From Rhodothermales bacterium (GTDB lineage Bacteria; Bacteroidota; Rhodothermia; Rhodothermales; VXPQ01): a stretch of DNA of 64,000 nt. Shown here one piece after another: positions 50,452-60,982 of the stretch. Below the pieces are notes generated by a model. It made no database searches. It saw only the letters and a list, made by a program, of their open reading frames with translations, and had not been told where the DNA came from. Location of the stretch: NCBI GenBank assembly GCA_022825385.1, contig JAJDWX010000012.1, positions 17,122 to 81,121 on the forward strand. The letters are read 5' to 3'. Within the stretch, counting starts at the first letter, position 1, and each line of letters begins with the position of its first letter. Made by a program: the position numbers and the translations under genes.

Positions 50452-51957
50452 CTATTCCATGGCGGGGCGGGCAAGGGTCATGCCGCGCGCTTCAGGAGAA
50501 TCCGGCGCAACCCAGACTCCGCCAAGCGCGCGGTGCACCGCCAGACGGGCCAGGGCCCTGTCCCGTTCCGCAACGGCAAGCGCAGACGCTACCTGCAAAC
50601 GCGCAAGCACCGCGTTCAGGTAATCGGGATAACTCCCGACGCCCGCCGCGTATCGCTGCGACGCAAGCGCCGCCGAAGCCCGGGCCTGCTCCAGTCGGGA
50701 AACAAGAAAAGCATGGCGCTGCCGTTCGTTTTCCAATCCGGCCAGGGCGGCCTCGACCTCGTTGACCGCCGTAACCACGCTACGTCCGTAGGCGGCGGCC
50801 ATTTCGTCGAAACGGGCTTGCGCCAGCGCCACATTGTTTCGGAGGCGCCCGCCCTGCACGAGGGGCGCCGTCAGGTTCGCGATCAGGTTTCGGAACCACT
50901 GATCCACATGGAACAGTTCGTCCGCATCCGCGCTTTGCAGCCCGATCGATCCCGACAAGGAAAGGGCGGGCAAAAGTTGGGCGCGGCGGGCCCCGACGGC
51001 GTAGCGGGCAGCGTCCAGTCGCTGCGCGGCGGCGCGCACATCCGGCCGCTGGAGCAAAAGATCGACGGGAACGCCCGGCGGCACAGGATTCGTATTCGGC
51101 GACGGGGCAAGCGTATCCGGCAGCATGGCTTCCATATCCGCTCGATACCCCCCCAACAAGACGGAGAGGCGCCCTTCGGCGTCGGCCAGCGCGCGCGCCA
51201 GCTGCGACGCCCCCGCCTGCGCGTTTCGCACTTCCTGACGCACCCGATAGATATGCGAAGAACCGGCAAGTCCGTCGCGGTACCGGGTCAGGGCCAACTG
51301 TTCCTGCTCCAGAAGCGCCTCCACGATCTCGTTCGACAGCGCGGTCTGCCTGCGCAACGCGGTCATGTCGAACCAGGCCGCGATGGTTTCGGAAAGAATC
51401 CCGATGCGGGCGGCATGGAAATCCGATTCCGAAGCAAGGTATTCGGCCCCGGCCGAACGGGCGTCGTTCCGTACGCGGCCCCAGAAATCCAGTTCGTAGG
51501 CAAAGCCCGCGCTCAGTTCGTACGTGGTGAGCGACAGCCGATCCGGCAGCGCGAAAAGCGCCGGCGCGCCGTCCGCGCCTCCGCCCAGTCCCAATTCCTG
51601 AATTTGCGCGCCCACGCCGGCATTGGTGGGCGAGTTGACGTCGTTGACCCCGCCCTGAACCTGAACAGCCGGGAAAAACGCGGCCCGTGCGATGCGGGCC
51701 CGCGCCCGGGCTTGCCGGACCCGCGCAATGCCCGCAGCAAGATCGAAATTACGGACAAGCACCGAATCGACGACGGCGTCCAGCGCCGGATCGCCAAAAG
51801 CGCGCCACCATTCCGCAGGCTCGTGCGGCCCTTCGGCAAGGCCCTCCGCGAAATCGTCCGGCAATTCGGCCACAGGATCGGGCAGCGCCGTTTTCGGCGC
51901 AAGCGAGCAACCGGAAAGCAGAAAACCGACCACAAGCAAGCACAGCATGGTCCGCAT
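50452..51957 (-). CDS. Efflux outer-membrane factor lipoprotein (NodT/TolC family)
   Basis: The start at MRTMLCLLVVGFLLSGCS provides a lipobox. The protein has the duplicated TolC-like repeat organisation. Confidence 0.85.
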   Translation of the reverse strand: MRTMLCLLVVGFLLSGCSLAPKTALPDPVAELPDDFAEGLAEGPHEPAEWWRAFGDPALDAVVDSVLVRNFDLAAGIARVRQARARARIARAAFFPAVQVQGGVNDVNSPTNAGVGAQIQELGLGGGADGAPALFALPDRLSLTTYELSAGFAYELDFWGRVRNDARSAGAEYLASESDFHAARIGILSETIAAWFDMTALRRQTALSNEIVEALLEQEQLALTRYRDGLAGSSHIYRVRQEVRNAQAGASQLARALADAEGRLSVLLGGYRADMEAMLPDTLAPSPNTNPVPPGVPVDLLLQRPDVRAAAQRLDAARYAVGARRAQLLPALSLSGSIGLQSADADELFHVDQWFRNLIANLTAPLVQGGRLRNNVALAQARFDEMAAAYGRSVVTAVNEVEAALAGLENERQRHAFLVSRLEQARASAALASQRYAAGVGSYPDYLNAVLARLQVASALAVAERDRALARLAVHRALGGVWVAPDSPEARGMTLARPAME

Positions 51958-52250
51958 TGCAACCACAGGTATCGCCATATGCGCCTTGTATTCGATGATC
52001 AGGAACTGAAACCCGCCGGGTACGCACTGCGCGGATACAGACAAAATATCCAGATTTACGGAAAGATGCTACAGATTGCCGGGTTTTGCCGCAAGCGGAC
52101 GTAACAAACCGGCTATGTTTTTCGTATAAAGGGTACGCCTTATTTATGCTTTTTCGCCAGGGAAAGGCCGTATTTGCCTGGAATACGGCAGCGCGGACCG
52201 AACGTCCGGCGGATCCACGAAAAGCGCCCGCGGCGAGCGGCGCCATAATC

Positions 52251-53774
52251 CTATCCCCCGAAAAAGGGTTCCCAGCGGGCGCGATCAGGAGGAGGCGTAG
52301 CAAGGCTTGCGCCCACCAGCGCCAGAACGGACAAAACGACGGCAGGATAGGTTACCTCCTGTAAAAACGGGTGCAAATCGCCGAACCAGGCTTGTTCGGG
52401 CATCCAGAACGTCCACGAAAGCGTAACGACGGTTCCCGTCAAAATGGAAGCGACGGCGCCCGCCGCCGTAGCCCGCTTCCACAAAAACGCCGCAAGCAAG
52501 GCGGGCGTGATGGACGTGCCGTACACCAGGTAGGCGGTATAGGCCGCCGTCAAAATGGTCGGAAACTGGTCCACAAGCAAATAGGCGACGATCCCCAGGA
52601 GGAGCACCCATCCCCGGCTCATCAGCACGATGGCGCGGGAACCCATATTCGGCGCGATAAAGCGCTGCGCCACATCCCGCGTCAGGTTCGTCGCAGGCAC
52701 CAGCAGGAACGAGTCGGCCGTGGAAACGATAATCGCCATCATGGTGGCTACCAGCGTCATGCCCAGCACAAGCGGCATGGCGTCGGAAATGGCAAGCGCG
52801 GGAATAATGTATTCGGACCGGTTGGTCGCCACATCCGCGGCGCCCCCGGCGAACAGCTCGGGAATAAGCCCCTGATTCGCCGCCGCGGCGCCGGTCAATC
52901 CCAGGAAATACACGGCGGATTCGAGCGCCACCACGCCGATCACCCAGAAAAACACCGCCTTCTGCGCCGCATTGCCATCCTTTGCGCTGAATATGCGCTG
53001 GTACATATTGGCGTCCCCCATCAGGAGGAGCATGGTGGGAATCAGAAAGGATATGGCCACGACCGGCCCGGACGTAGCCCCGCTGCGCTCGTTCGCCCAG
53101 TTTCCGAACCATTCCCATTTCCCCGCCGCTTCCGCGTACAGGACAATCTCGTCCATGCCGCCCACCGCATGCACCATGAAGAGTACGGTGGCGAGCACCC
53201 CCAGCACCATAAGCGCGCCATTCACGACATCCGTGTATACGACCGACAACATCCCCGCCAGCGCCGTATAGGCAATGGCGAAAACCGCCGTGATCACAAT
53301 GCCCCCCTGCACGGAAATCGCGCCGTCCGTAATATAATGCAGTACGTTGCCGCCCCCCCGAAACTGGTACGAAACGATGGTGAGGTAGGCAATGACGGTG
53401 GCGATGGTCGCCAGTACGCTGGAAACCCGTCCGTACCGCGCCTCGAAAATGTCGGGCACGGTTACCTTCCCGAAATGACGAATGCGCCGCGCAATAAAAT
53501 AAATGAGCGCGATGCCGGCCCACGCGCCCGCGCTGGTCCACAGCCCCGCCATGCCGTTGCGATACCCCAGGCCCGCGTTGGCGAACAGGGAGCCGCTGCC
53601 CATCCAGGTGGCGAGCAGCGTACCCACCAGCACCCACCAGGGCAACGTACGGCCCGCCACCATGAAATCCTCGCCCGTCTTTACGACCCGGCTTTTGTAA
53701 TATCCGACCCCGACCAGGGCAAGCAAATAGCCGAGTATGGCGAGGATGTAGGGATTTTCAAAAAGGGCCAGCAT
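52251..53774 (-). CDS. Sodium:solute symporter (SSS) family transporter
   Basis: 507 aa polytopic protein. The N-terminus contains YYKSRVVKTGEDFMVAGRTLPWWV. Confidence 0.85.
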   Translation of the reverse strand: MLALFENPYILAILGYLLALVGVGYYKSRVVKTGEDFMVAGRTLPWWVLVGTLLATWMGSGSLFANAGLGYRNGMAGLWTSAGAWAGIALIYFIARRIRHFGKVTVPDIFEARYGRVSSVLATIATVIAYLTIVSYQFRGGGNVLHYITDGAISVQGGIVITAVFAIAYTALAGMLSVVYTDVVNGALMVLGVLATVLFMVHAVGGMDEIVLYAEAAGKWEWFGNWANERSGATSGPVVAISFLIPTMLLLMGDANMYQRIFSAKDGNAAQKAVFFWVIGVVALESAVYFLGLTGAAAANQGLIPELFAGGAADVATNRSEYIIPALAISDAMPLVLGMTLVATMMAIIVSTADSFLLVPATNLTRDVAQRFIAPNMGSRAIVLMSRGWVLLLGIVAYLLVDQFPTILTAAYTAYLVYGTSITPALLAAFLWKRATAAGAVASILTGTVVTLSWTFWMPEQAWFGDLHPFLQEVTYPAVVLSVLALVGASLATPPPDRARWEPFFGG

Positions 53775-53996
53775 GAAAATTTTCGGAAAATGCCGTCAAA
53801 AATCCGGGGCGTATCGCCCGGCTGCGAGGGCGAGCCGCGTTTCCAGCAGCGTATCCCATCGCCCTGATGCGTAATTTACGTCCGATCTTGCTCTTGCGCC
53901 GCCCGATCTGCGAACGCATGCGTCGCTGCGTCGTCCAAGGGCGCCGCACCGAATCGTTTATCTTGCATCCATTCCGTAACCACCCGACATTTCCCC

Positions 53997-55829
53997 ATGC
54001 CGGCGAACGACAAAGACCTGCACCCGATCCGTACGCACACTTGCGGCGAACTTCGCTCCGAACATGTCGGCACGGAAGTCGTGCTCAAGGGATGGGTGGA
54101 CACCCGTCGCGACCTGGGCGGCGTGATCTTCCTGGACCTGCGGGATCGGTACGGGCTGACCCAGGTCGTGTGTTCCCCCCAGGACGCAAAAGCGGCGTAC
54201 GAACGCGCCGATCTGGTGCGCAACGAATATGTGGTTTCCGTGCGGGGCGTCGTAGGCGAACGAACGCAGGAAACCGTCAACCCGAAGCTTCCGACCGGAG
54301 AAATCGAGGTGCGGGTGCAGGACCTCGTCGTGCTCAACAGCGCCGAACCGGTCCCTTTCGCCGTATCGGCGCACGAAGAAAAACGGCGCACGGCGAACGA
54401 AGACCTGCGCCTGCGCTACCGGTACCTGGACCTGCGGCGGCCCGAACTCCAGGACATCCTCGTCCTGCGCCATAAAGCCTGCCGGGCCATACGCGAATAC
54501 TTTGACCGGAACGGCTTCGTGGAAGTGGAAACGCCCGTGCTCATGAAATCGACGCCAGAGGGCGCGCGGGATTATCTGGTGCCGAGCCGCGTGCATCCGG
54601 GACAATTTTACGCGCTCCCGCAATCGCCCCAGACCTACAAGCAGATTCTGATGATCTCCGGGCTGGATCGGTATTTCCAGATCGTCAAGTGCTTCCGGGA
54701 CGAAGACTTGCGGGCGGACCGGCAACCCGAATTCACGCAGATCGACGTAGAGATGAGTTTCCCCGACGAGGAGCAAATCTACGCCACGTTCGAAGGGCTC
54801 ATGCAGGCCATCTGGAAAGACGTAAAGGGCGTCGATTTGCCCGCGCCGTTCCCGCGTCTGACCTGGCGCGAGGCCATCGAGCGATACGGTTCGGACAAGC
54901 CCGACCTGCGTTTCGGCATGGAAATACAGGATGTAAGCAAGGCGTTCGAAGGTTCCGGGTTCCGGGTTTTCGACCGCATTCTGGCGGGGGGCGGGCGCAT
55001 CGTGGCGATCGTGGCGAGGGGGCAGGGAGACTGGACGCGCAGCCAGATGGACCGCCTCGACAAAGACATCGTCCGGCGCAAAATCGGCGTGGGCGGGCTG
55101 ATTTACTTCAAACTGCCATCGGACGGCTCGGAAAGATATTCCTCGGTGAAGGAACATGTGATCGCCCGGGAATACGTGGACGCGTGCATAGCCGCTGTGG
55201 ACGCCCGCCCCGGGGACCTTGTGCTCGCGCTGGCGGGGCCGGACCCGGAGATTTTTACGCACATGGGCAAGTTGCGCCTGCACATGGCGAACGAAACCGG
55301 CCTGATTCCGCCGCAGGGCGAAGCGTGGCGATTCGTATGGGTCACGGAATTTCCGCTCCTGGAACGGGAGGCGGACGGCGGGCGATTTACGGCCATGCAC
55401 CACCCGTTCACGGCCCCCCACCCCGACGATGCGGCGGCGCTGGACAGGAATCCGGGCGGGGTACGGGCGCGGGCGTACGACATGACGCTCAACGGCGTGG
55501 AACTGGGGGGCGGGTCGATCCGGATTCATTCGAGCGATATGCAGCGCCGCATGTTTCGCTTGCTGGGCATCGACGAGGAAGAGGCCGAGCGGCGATTCGG
55601 TTTCCTGCTGGACGCGTTCCGCTACGGCGCGCCCCCTCATGGCGGCATTGCCTTCGGCCTGGACCGGATCGTCATGGCGCTGGCGGGCACGCACAACATC
55701 CGGGACGTCATCGCCTTCCCGAAAACGCAGAGCGCGCAGGAGTTGATGGTGCAGTCCCCGGACACGGTCGATGCGAAGCAACTGGAAGCGCTGCACATCG
55801 AGATCGTGTCGGACGAAACGCCCGAATAG
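53997..55829 (+). CDS. aspS: Aspartate--tRNA ligase
   Basis: 610 aa. The OB-fold N-terminus is VVLKGWVDTRRDLGGVIFLDLRDRYG. Class II motifs are FRDEDLRADRQPEFTQ and GGGSIRIH...GIAFGLDR. Confidence 0.95.
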   Translation: MPANDKDLHPIRTHTCGELRSEHVGTEVVLKGWVDTRRDLGGVIFLDLRDRYGLTQVVCSPQDAKAAYERADLVRNEYVVSVRGVVGERTQETVNPKLPTGEIEVRVQDLVVLNSAEPVPFAVSAHEEKRRTANEDLRLRYRYLDLRRPELQDILVLRHKACRAIREYFDRNGFVEVETPVLMKSTPEGARDYLVPSRVHPGQFYALPQSPQTYKQILMISGLDRYFQIVKCFRDEDLRADRQPEFTQIDVEMSFPDEEQIYATFEGLMQAIWKDVKGVDLPAPFPRLTWREAIERYGSDKPDLRFGMEIQDVSKAFEGSGFRVFDRILAGGGRIVAIVARGQGDWTRSQMDRLDKDIVRRKIGVGGLIYFKLPSDGSERYSSVKEHVIAREYVDACIAAVDARPGDLVLALAGPDPEIFTHMGKLRLHMANETGLIPPQGEAWRFVWVTEFPLLEREADGGRFTAMHHPFTAPHPDDAAALDRNPGGVRARAYDMTLNGVELGGGSIRIHSSDMQRRMFRLLGIDEEEAERRFGFLLDAFRYGAPPHGGIAFGLDRIVMALAGTHNIRDVIAFPKTQSAQELMVQSPDTVDAKQLEALHIEIVSDETPE

Positions 55830-55890
55830 CGACCGGCGGCGCCCCGAAACCCCCATTCCCCGCCCAAAGACGGATATACCGCCAGCGTTC

Positions 55891-56307
55891 ATGGAAACGA
55901 CGGATCGGCTTACGGAACTGGCCCGGCGCAAAATCGACTGGGCGCGCTGGGAGCAGCTGATTCGCCGCCGCGGCGTCACGATAGACCGCCCGTACGGAAC
56001 GCGGCACCCGGCGCATCCCTCCATTATCTATCCGATGGACTACGGATACGTGAACGGCGCCCGCGGCACGGACAGGGAAAACCTTGACCTTTTTCGCGGC
56101 ACGGCCCGCACCGGACTGGCAGGCGCGATCATGAGCGCGGATCGGCGAAAGGGAGACCGGGAATGCAAACTGCTGTACGACTGTTCGCCCGAAGAAATTT
56201 ATTTGGCCCACGGATTCATTAACTTTGACCGCCGCCTGATGGAGGGCGTCCTGTTGCTGCGCAAACCGATGGCCGATCTGTGGCGAGACGTCGGGCGCGC
56301 CGATTAA
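55891..56307 (+). CDS. Small hypothetical protein, possibly inorganic-pyrophosphatase-fold
   Basis: The start is chosen at METTDRL. IIYPMDYGYVNGARGTDRENLDLF resembles the PPase YPxxYG...D..D pattern. Weak call. Confidence 0.4.
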   Translation: METTDRLTELARRKIDWARWEQLIRRRGVTIDRPYGTRHPAHPSIIYPMDYGYVNGARGTDRENLDLFRGTARTGLAGAIMSADRRKGDRECKLLYDCSPEEIYLAHGFINFDRRLMEGVLLLRKPMADLWRDVGRAD

Positions 56308-56446
56308 GGATCAGGATGCCCCTTGCATCTTTTTGCAGCGGATAGCGTATATCGGACGCGTTATACACGGCGGAAAAGACGGCGGAAAAGTTTGTATATT
56401 TCGAGGTTGTCGCAATCGGAGTACGCAGGTTGACGCGGCATGGCAT

Positions 56447-56519
56447 GGTCCCGTAGCTCAGTTGGTAGAGCAACTGACTTTTAATCAGTGGGTCGCAGGT
56501 TCGATTCCTGCCGGGATCA
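56447..56519 (+). tRNA. tRNA-Lys (anticodon UUU)
   Basis: Hand-folded cloverleaf. The acceptor is ggtcccg/cgggatc, the D-arm is gctcagttggtagagc, the anticodon loop is cttttaa, and the T-arm is gcaggttcgattcctgc. Confidence 0.9.
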
Positions 56520-56648
56520 CGCATACATACACGCAATAACATAACGGATAGCGCGCATGGCGCGGCGCCGGACCCGTTCCTCAAGGGCGGCGGGCGTCCA
56601 TGCGCATCTCCATAAAGGATTACGAAAGGATACGCCGATCAGGTTCAT

Positions 56649-56732
56649 GCCCGGGTGGCGGAATTGGTAGACGCACTGTCTTGAGGGGGCAGCGTTCGAA
56701 AGGACGTGCTGGTTCGAATCCAGTCCCGGGCA
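56649..56732 (+). tRNA. tRNA-Leu (anticodon GAG), long variable arm
   Basis: The acceptor is gcccggg/cccgggc, the D-arm is gcggaattggtagacgc, the anticodon stem-loop is ctgtc-ttgaggg-ggcag, and the T-arm is ctggttcgaatccag. Confidence 0.9.
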
Positions 56733-56747
56733 CATTACATTCCCGCC

Positions 56748-57185
56748 ATGCAAACGCGAGCGGACGTACTCGCCCATATTCGCCGACACGGCGAAGCGAC
56801 GTATCCGGAGGAATGCTGCGGCTTTCTGATCGGACGGCCCGGCGCGGACGGAAACGACGTGGCGTATGCCCGCCGCGCCGTAAACCGCAACCCGAACCGG
56901 CGAGAAGACCGGTATGTCATCGCGCCCGAGGACTACCTCGCGGCGGAGCGGGCCGCCCGAAGGGATAATATGGACATTGTGGGCGTCTACCACTCGCACC
57001 CGGACCATCCTGCGATTCCCTCGCAAACGGACCTGGAACTGGCGACCTTCCCCGGATACGCTTACGTGATCGCGTCGGTGGAAAACGGAAAAGCCGCCGA
57101 CCTGTCCGCATGGTCGCTCGCCGAAGACCGATCGCGGTTTCTGCCGGAGGAAATAATCGTACAACCCGCCTCGGAAACATCCTGA
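56748..57185 (+). CDS. JAMM/MPN+ metalloprotease (Mec+/Mov34 type)
   Basis: The start is chosen at MQTRADV, 16 nt after tRNA-Leu. EECCGFLIG supplies the E motif and the JAMM motif is HSHPDHPAIPSQTD. Confidence 0.85.
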   Translation: MQTRADVLAHIRRHGEATYPEECCGFLIGRPGADGNDVAYARRAVNRNPNRREDRYVIAPEDYLAAERAARRDNMDIVGVYHSHPDHPAIPSQTDLELATFPGYAYVIASVENGKAADLSAWSLAEDRSRFLPEEIIVQPASETS

Positions 57186-57191
57186 CCCGGA

Positions 57192-58643
57192 ATGGCCCGC
57201 ATTTATATTCCCGCCCCGCTGCGCGCGTACGCAAACGATGAGCGCGCCGTAGATATCGAAGGCGCAACCGTAGAGGAAGCGCTGGCGGGCCTGGTGCGCA
57301 AACACCCGGCCATAGAGAAACACCTTTTTGGAGAAACCGGCAAGCTCCGGCAATTCGTCAATATCTATCGCAACGAAGAGGATATCCGGTATCTGGATCG
57401 CGAAAAAACCGCGCTGGACCCGGCGGACGAAATCTCCATCGTGCCGTCCGTAGCCGGCGGAACCGGCGGCGACGCCTGCCTGCCAAGCGCCCTGAGCCCG
57501 AAAGAAATCACGCGATACGGCCGCCACCTCACCCTGCCTGAGTTCGGGATGGCGGGCCAGCGAAAACTCAAGGCGTCTTCCGTGCTCGTCGTGGGCGCGG
57601 GCGGCCTGGGTTCGCCGCTGGCCCTGTACCTTGCCGCCGCCGGGGTGGGCAAAATCGGCCTCGCAGACTACGACGTGGTGGACGAAAGCAACCTGCAACG
57701 GCAGATTCTGTACGGAACGAAGGATGTGGGGCGAAAAAAACTGGAGGCGGCCCGCGAAACGATCCGCGACGCGAATCCGTTCGTCGAAGTGGAAACCTTC
57801 GACGCCGCGTTGACCAGCGAAAATGCGCTGGACATTTTTTCGGGATTCGACCTTGTGGCGGACGGAACGGATAACTTCCCTACGCGCTACCTGGTCAACG
57901 ACGCATGCGTGATGCTGGGCATCCCGAACGCCTACGCCTCTGTTTTTCGGTTCGAAGGGCAAGCGTCGGTGTTCGGCGCGCCGGATGGGCCGTGCTATCG
58001 GTGCCTGTACGAAGAACCGCCGCCGCCCGGACTGGTCCCCTCCTGCGCGGAAGGGGGCGTGCTTGGCGTCCTGCCGGGACTGGCGGGCGTGGTGCAGGCC
58101 GCGGAAGCAATCAAAATGCTTACCGGCGTGGGCGAGCCGCTCGTCGGGCGCCTGCTGCTCATCGACGCGCTGGGCATGCGCTTCCGGGAACTGCGCGTCC
58201 GGCGCAACCCGGCTTGCCCGGTATGCGGCGACCATCCTTCCCAGACCGAACTCATCGATTATCAAGCCTTCTGCGGCATTCCAACCCAACCAAACGGCCA
58301 CGCCATGACGCAACAAGCATCCCTCCCCGAAATCACGGTGCGCGAACTGAAAGACAGAATCGACCAGGGGAACCGCCCCTTTATTCTGGACGTGCGCAAG
58401 CCGCAGGAATACGATATCGCCAACCTCGGCGGCACGCTTATTCCGCTGGACGAACTCCCGGACCGGCTGGACGAACTGGCGGACCGCAAGCAGGAGGACA
58501 TCGTGGTGCACTGCCGCTCGGGCGGACGCTCTTCGCAAGCGGTGCAGCTGATGCGCGCGCACGGATTCGAACATGCCTCGAACCTGAAGGGCGGCGTGCT
58601 GGCCTGGAGCGACGAAATCGACCCCTCCCTGCCAAAGTATTAA
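57192..58643 (+). CDS. Fusion of a ThiS/MoaD-like beta-grasp domain, a MoeB/ThiF E1-like adenylyltransferase and a rhodanese domain
   Basis: The N-terminal 90 aa end in ...SIVPSVAGG. The E1 region has VLVVGAGGLGSP and a CxxC...CPVC zinc site. The C-terminal rhodanese domain has VVHCRSGGRS. Confidence 0.85.
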   Translation: MARIYIPAPLRAYANDERAVDIEGATVEEALAGLVRKHPAIEKHLFGETGKLRQFVNIYRNEEDIRYLDREKTALDPADEISIVPSVAGGTGGDACLPSALSPKEITRYGRHLTLPEFGMAGQRKLKASSVLVVGAGGLGSPLALYLAAAGVGKIGLADYDVVDESNLQRQILYGTKDVGRKKLEAARETIRDANPFVEVETFDAALTSENALDIFSGFDLVADGTDNFPTRYLVNDACVMLGIPNAYASVFRFEGQASVFGAPDGPCYRCLYEEPPPPGLVPSCAEGGVLGVLPGLAGVVQAAEAIKMLTGVGEPLVGRLLLIDALGMRFRELRVRRNPACPVCGDHPSQTELIDYQAFCGIPTQPNGHAMTQQASLPEITVRELKDRIDQGNRPFILDVRKPQEYDIANLGGTLIPLDELPDRLDELADRKQEDIVVHCRSGGRSSQAVQLMRAHGFEHASNLKGGVLAWSDEIDPSLPKY

Positions 58644-58731
58644 GCCGACGGAAACGGCGCGCGCCTCGCAAGCCGCTCTTTGAGGACTTGATCAACGTAT
58701 CCTTCAGCCGCGCAAGCGTACCCTTGTAACC

Positions 58732-59541
58732 ATGATTCTGAAAACCATTCAGGGCGCGGACGTGCCCGCCCTGGGCCTGGGCACCTACCTGCTTACGGGG
58801 AAAGCCTGCCGGCGCGGCGTGGCCGAAGCCCTCGAAATCGGATACCGGCACATCGACACGGCGGTCGCCTACGGCAACGAAAAGGAAACCGGAGAAGGAC
58901 TGCGCGACGCAGGCGTAGCGCGCGAGGACATTTTCCTGACCACGAAAATCTGGATGGACGCGCTCGCGCCGGGCCAAATCGCCCCGGCCGCAAGGGAAAG
59001 CCTGTCGAAACTGGATACCCCCTACGTCGATCTGTTGCTCATTCACTGGCCAACGCCCGACCTGCAACTGGAAGCATGCCTGGACGAGATGCAAGGCTTG
59101 CAGGAGGCGGGCGCGGCGCGGCATATCGGCGTCAGCAATTTCCCGCCCGACCTGATGCGGCGGGCCGCCGCGCACGCGCCCATTTTCTGCAATCAGGTGG
59201 AATTCCATCCCTACCTGAATCAAAATGCGTTGCGCGCCCTGTCGCAAGAATGCGACGCCTTGCTTACGGCCTACAGCCCGCTTGCCCGCGGGGACGTACT
59301 GCGGGACAAAACGCTGCAAGACATTGGCGCGGCGCACGACAAGACGCCTGCGCAAGTGGCGTTGCGCTGGCTAATTCAGCTCGACCGCGTAGCGGCCATC
59401 CCGAAGGCGGCCCGTTCCAAATACCGCCGGCAAAATTTCGATGTGTTCGATTTTTCGCTGGACGCCGGGGAAATGCAGCGAATCGAGGCCCTCGCCTGCG
59501 GAAAACGCATGGTAGATCCCTCCTGGGCGCCCGCATGGTAA
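58732..59541 (+). CDS. Aldo/keto reductase (2,5-diketo-D-gluconate reductase-like)
   Basis: GYRHIDTAVAYGNE is present, along with LLIHWP and the SNF..... patterns. Confidence 0.85.
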   Translation: MILKTIQGADVPALGLGTYLLTGKACRRGVAEALEIGYRHIDTAVAYGNEKETGEGLRDAGVAREDIFLTTKIWMDALAPGQIAPAARESLSKLDTPYVDLLLIHWPTPDLQLEACLDEMQGLQEAGAARHIGVSNFPPDLMRRAAAHAPIFCNQVEFHPYLNQNALRALSQECDALLTAYSPLARGDVLRDKTLQDIGAAHDKTPAQVALRWLIQLDRVAAIPKAARSKYRRQNFDVFDFSLDAGEMQRIEALACGKRMVDPSWAPAW

Positions 59542-59644
59542 TCGGCGAGACGCAAACACAGTGGCAACAATCCCGCCCAAACGCTATTATGGAAACCATT
59601 GGCGATACGCTAATCCGAAACTGTCCACCCCAACCGAAAGCATC

Positions 59645-60982
59645 ATGAATACCCGCCGTCTGACAAAACTATTGCTGCCCGCCGCGCTTCCCCTGCTCGT
59701 TATCGCGGGCTGGAGCCTGTCCGAAGGAAACGATCCCCCCCTGCCGAGCAAGGCCGTCGATGCCTCCGCATGCGACGAAGACAACGGCGGCCTGGTCCTC
59801 CCCGAAGGCTTCTGCGCAGGGGTCGTGGCGGACAATGTAGGACGCATCCGGCATATCGTCGTGGATGCGGACGAGGACATCTACGTCATACACCGGCAAC
59901 TTCCGGACGATGGCGGCGGCATTACGGCGCTCCGCGATACGGACCAGGACGGCAAGGCAGATTCCATGCACAGTTTCGGCGCCATTGCCGGCACCGGTCT
60001 CGAACTGTATGACGGGCACCTGTACGCTACCACAGATTCTTCGGTACACCGGTTTGCGTTCGAAGGCGACGGGTTGGCGCCCATGAGCGACTCCGAACTC
60101 ATCGTGGGGGGCTTCCTGGCAGGACGGGAACAGCAACAGCACGCCTCCAAGGCGATCGCTTTCGACGATGCAGGACATCTGTATGTGAACGTGGGCGCGC
60201 CGTCGAACGCATGCCAGGAATCCATGCGCACGCCCGGCTCGCCGGGAGCGGATCCCTGCCCTCAACTTGAACGCCAGAGCGGCGTATGGCAATTCGACGC
60301 GACGGCGACCGGCCAGACCCAGGAGGCGGACGGACATCATTTCTCGACGGGCATCCGCAATGGCCTGGCGATGGCGTGGCATCCCGGCGCCGGCGACCTA
60401 TACGTCGTGCAGCATGGCCGCGACCAGTTGAACACGCTGTGGCCGGATCACTATACGGACGAGCAAAACGCCGAACTGCCCGCCGAGGAAATGTTTCGCC
60501 TCTACGACGGGTCGGATTTTGGCTGGCCGTATTGCTACTACGATCACCAGCAGGAGGCCAAGGTCCTCTCGCCCGAATACGGCGGCGACGGCATGGAAGT
60601 CGGGCGGTGCGCCGAGACGGGCGACCCGGTGGCGGCTTTCCCCGGCCATTACGCCCCCAACGACCTGGTCTTCAACACGCAGGACCACTTCCCGGCGCAG
60701 TACGGAAACGGCGCCTTTATTGCGTTTCACGGTTCCTGGAACCGGGCGCCGCTTCCCCAGCAGGGATATATGGTGGCCTTCGTCCCCATGGACGCCTCCG
60801 GCGAGCCGACCGGCGACTGGGAACCCTTCGCCGACGGATTCAAGGGAGCGGATACGCTCGCCTCGCCCGGCGACGCCGCATACCGCCCGATGGGCCTGGC
60901 TTTCGGCCCGCACGGCGCCCTGTACGTAGCGGATTCTATGAAAGGCCGCATCTGGCGCATCGTCTACAAGGGCATGGAATAA
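59645..60982 (+). CDS. PQQ-dependent sugar (glucose/sorbosone) dehydrogenase-like beta-propeller protein, secreted
   Basis: The start is chosen at MNTRRLTKLLLPAALPLLVIAG (signal peptide). The segment HGRDQL...FGWPYCYYD is typical of the family. Confidence 0.7.
   Translation: MNTRRLTKLLLPAALPLLVIAGWSLSEGNDPPLPSKAVDASACDEDNGGLVLPEGFCAGVVADNVGRIRHIVVDADEDIYVIHRQLPDDGGGITALRDTDQDGKADSMHSFGAIAGTGLELYDGHLYATTDSSVHRFAFEGDGLAPMSDSELIVGGFLAGREQQQHASKAIAFDDAGHLYVNVGAPSNACQESMRTPGSPGADPCPQLERQSGVWQFDATATGQTQEADGHHFSTGIRNGLAMAWHPGAGDLYVVQHGRDQLNTLWPDHYTDEQNAELPAEEMFRLYDGSDFGWPYCYYDHQQEAKVLSPEYGGDGMEVGRCAETGDPVAAFPGHYAPNDLVFNTQDHFPAQYGNGAFIAFHGSWNRAPLPQQGYMVAFVPMDASGEPTGDWEPFADGFKGADTLASPGDAAYRPMGLAFGPHGALYVADSMKGRIWRIVYKGME

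Noticed and set aside
56447-56732. The tRNA-Lys/tRNA-Leu pair as an integration site for a genomic island.
   Set aside because: No integrase, no direct repeat of a tRNA 3' end and no obvious compositional shift occur on either side. The flanking genes (aspS side and the JAMM/E1 side) look like core genes.
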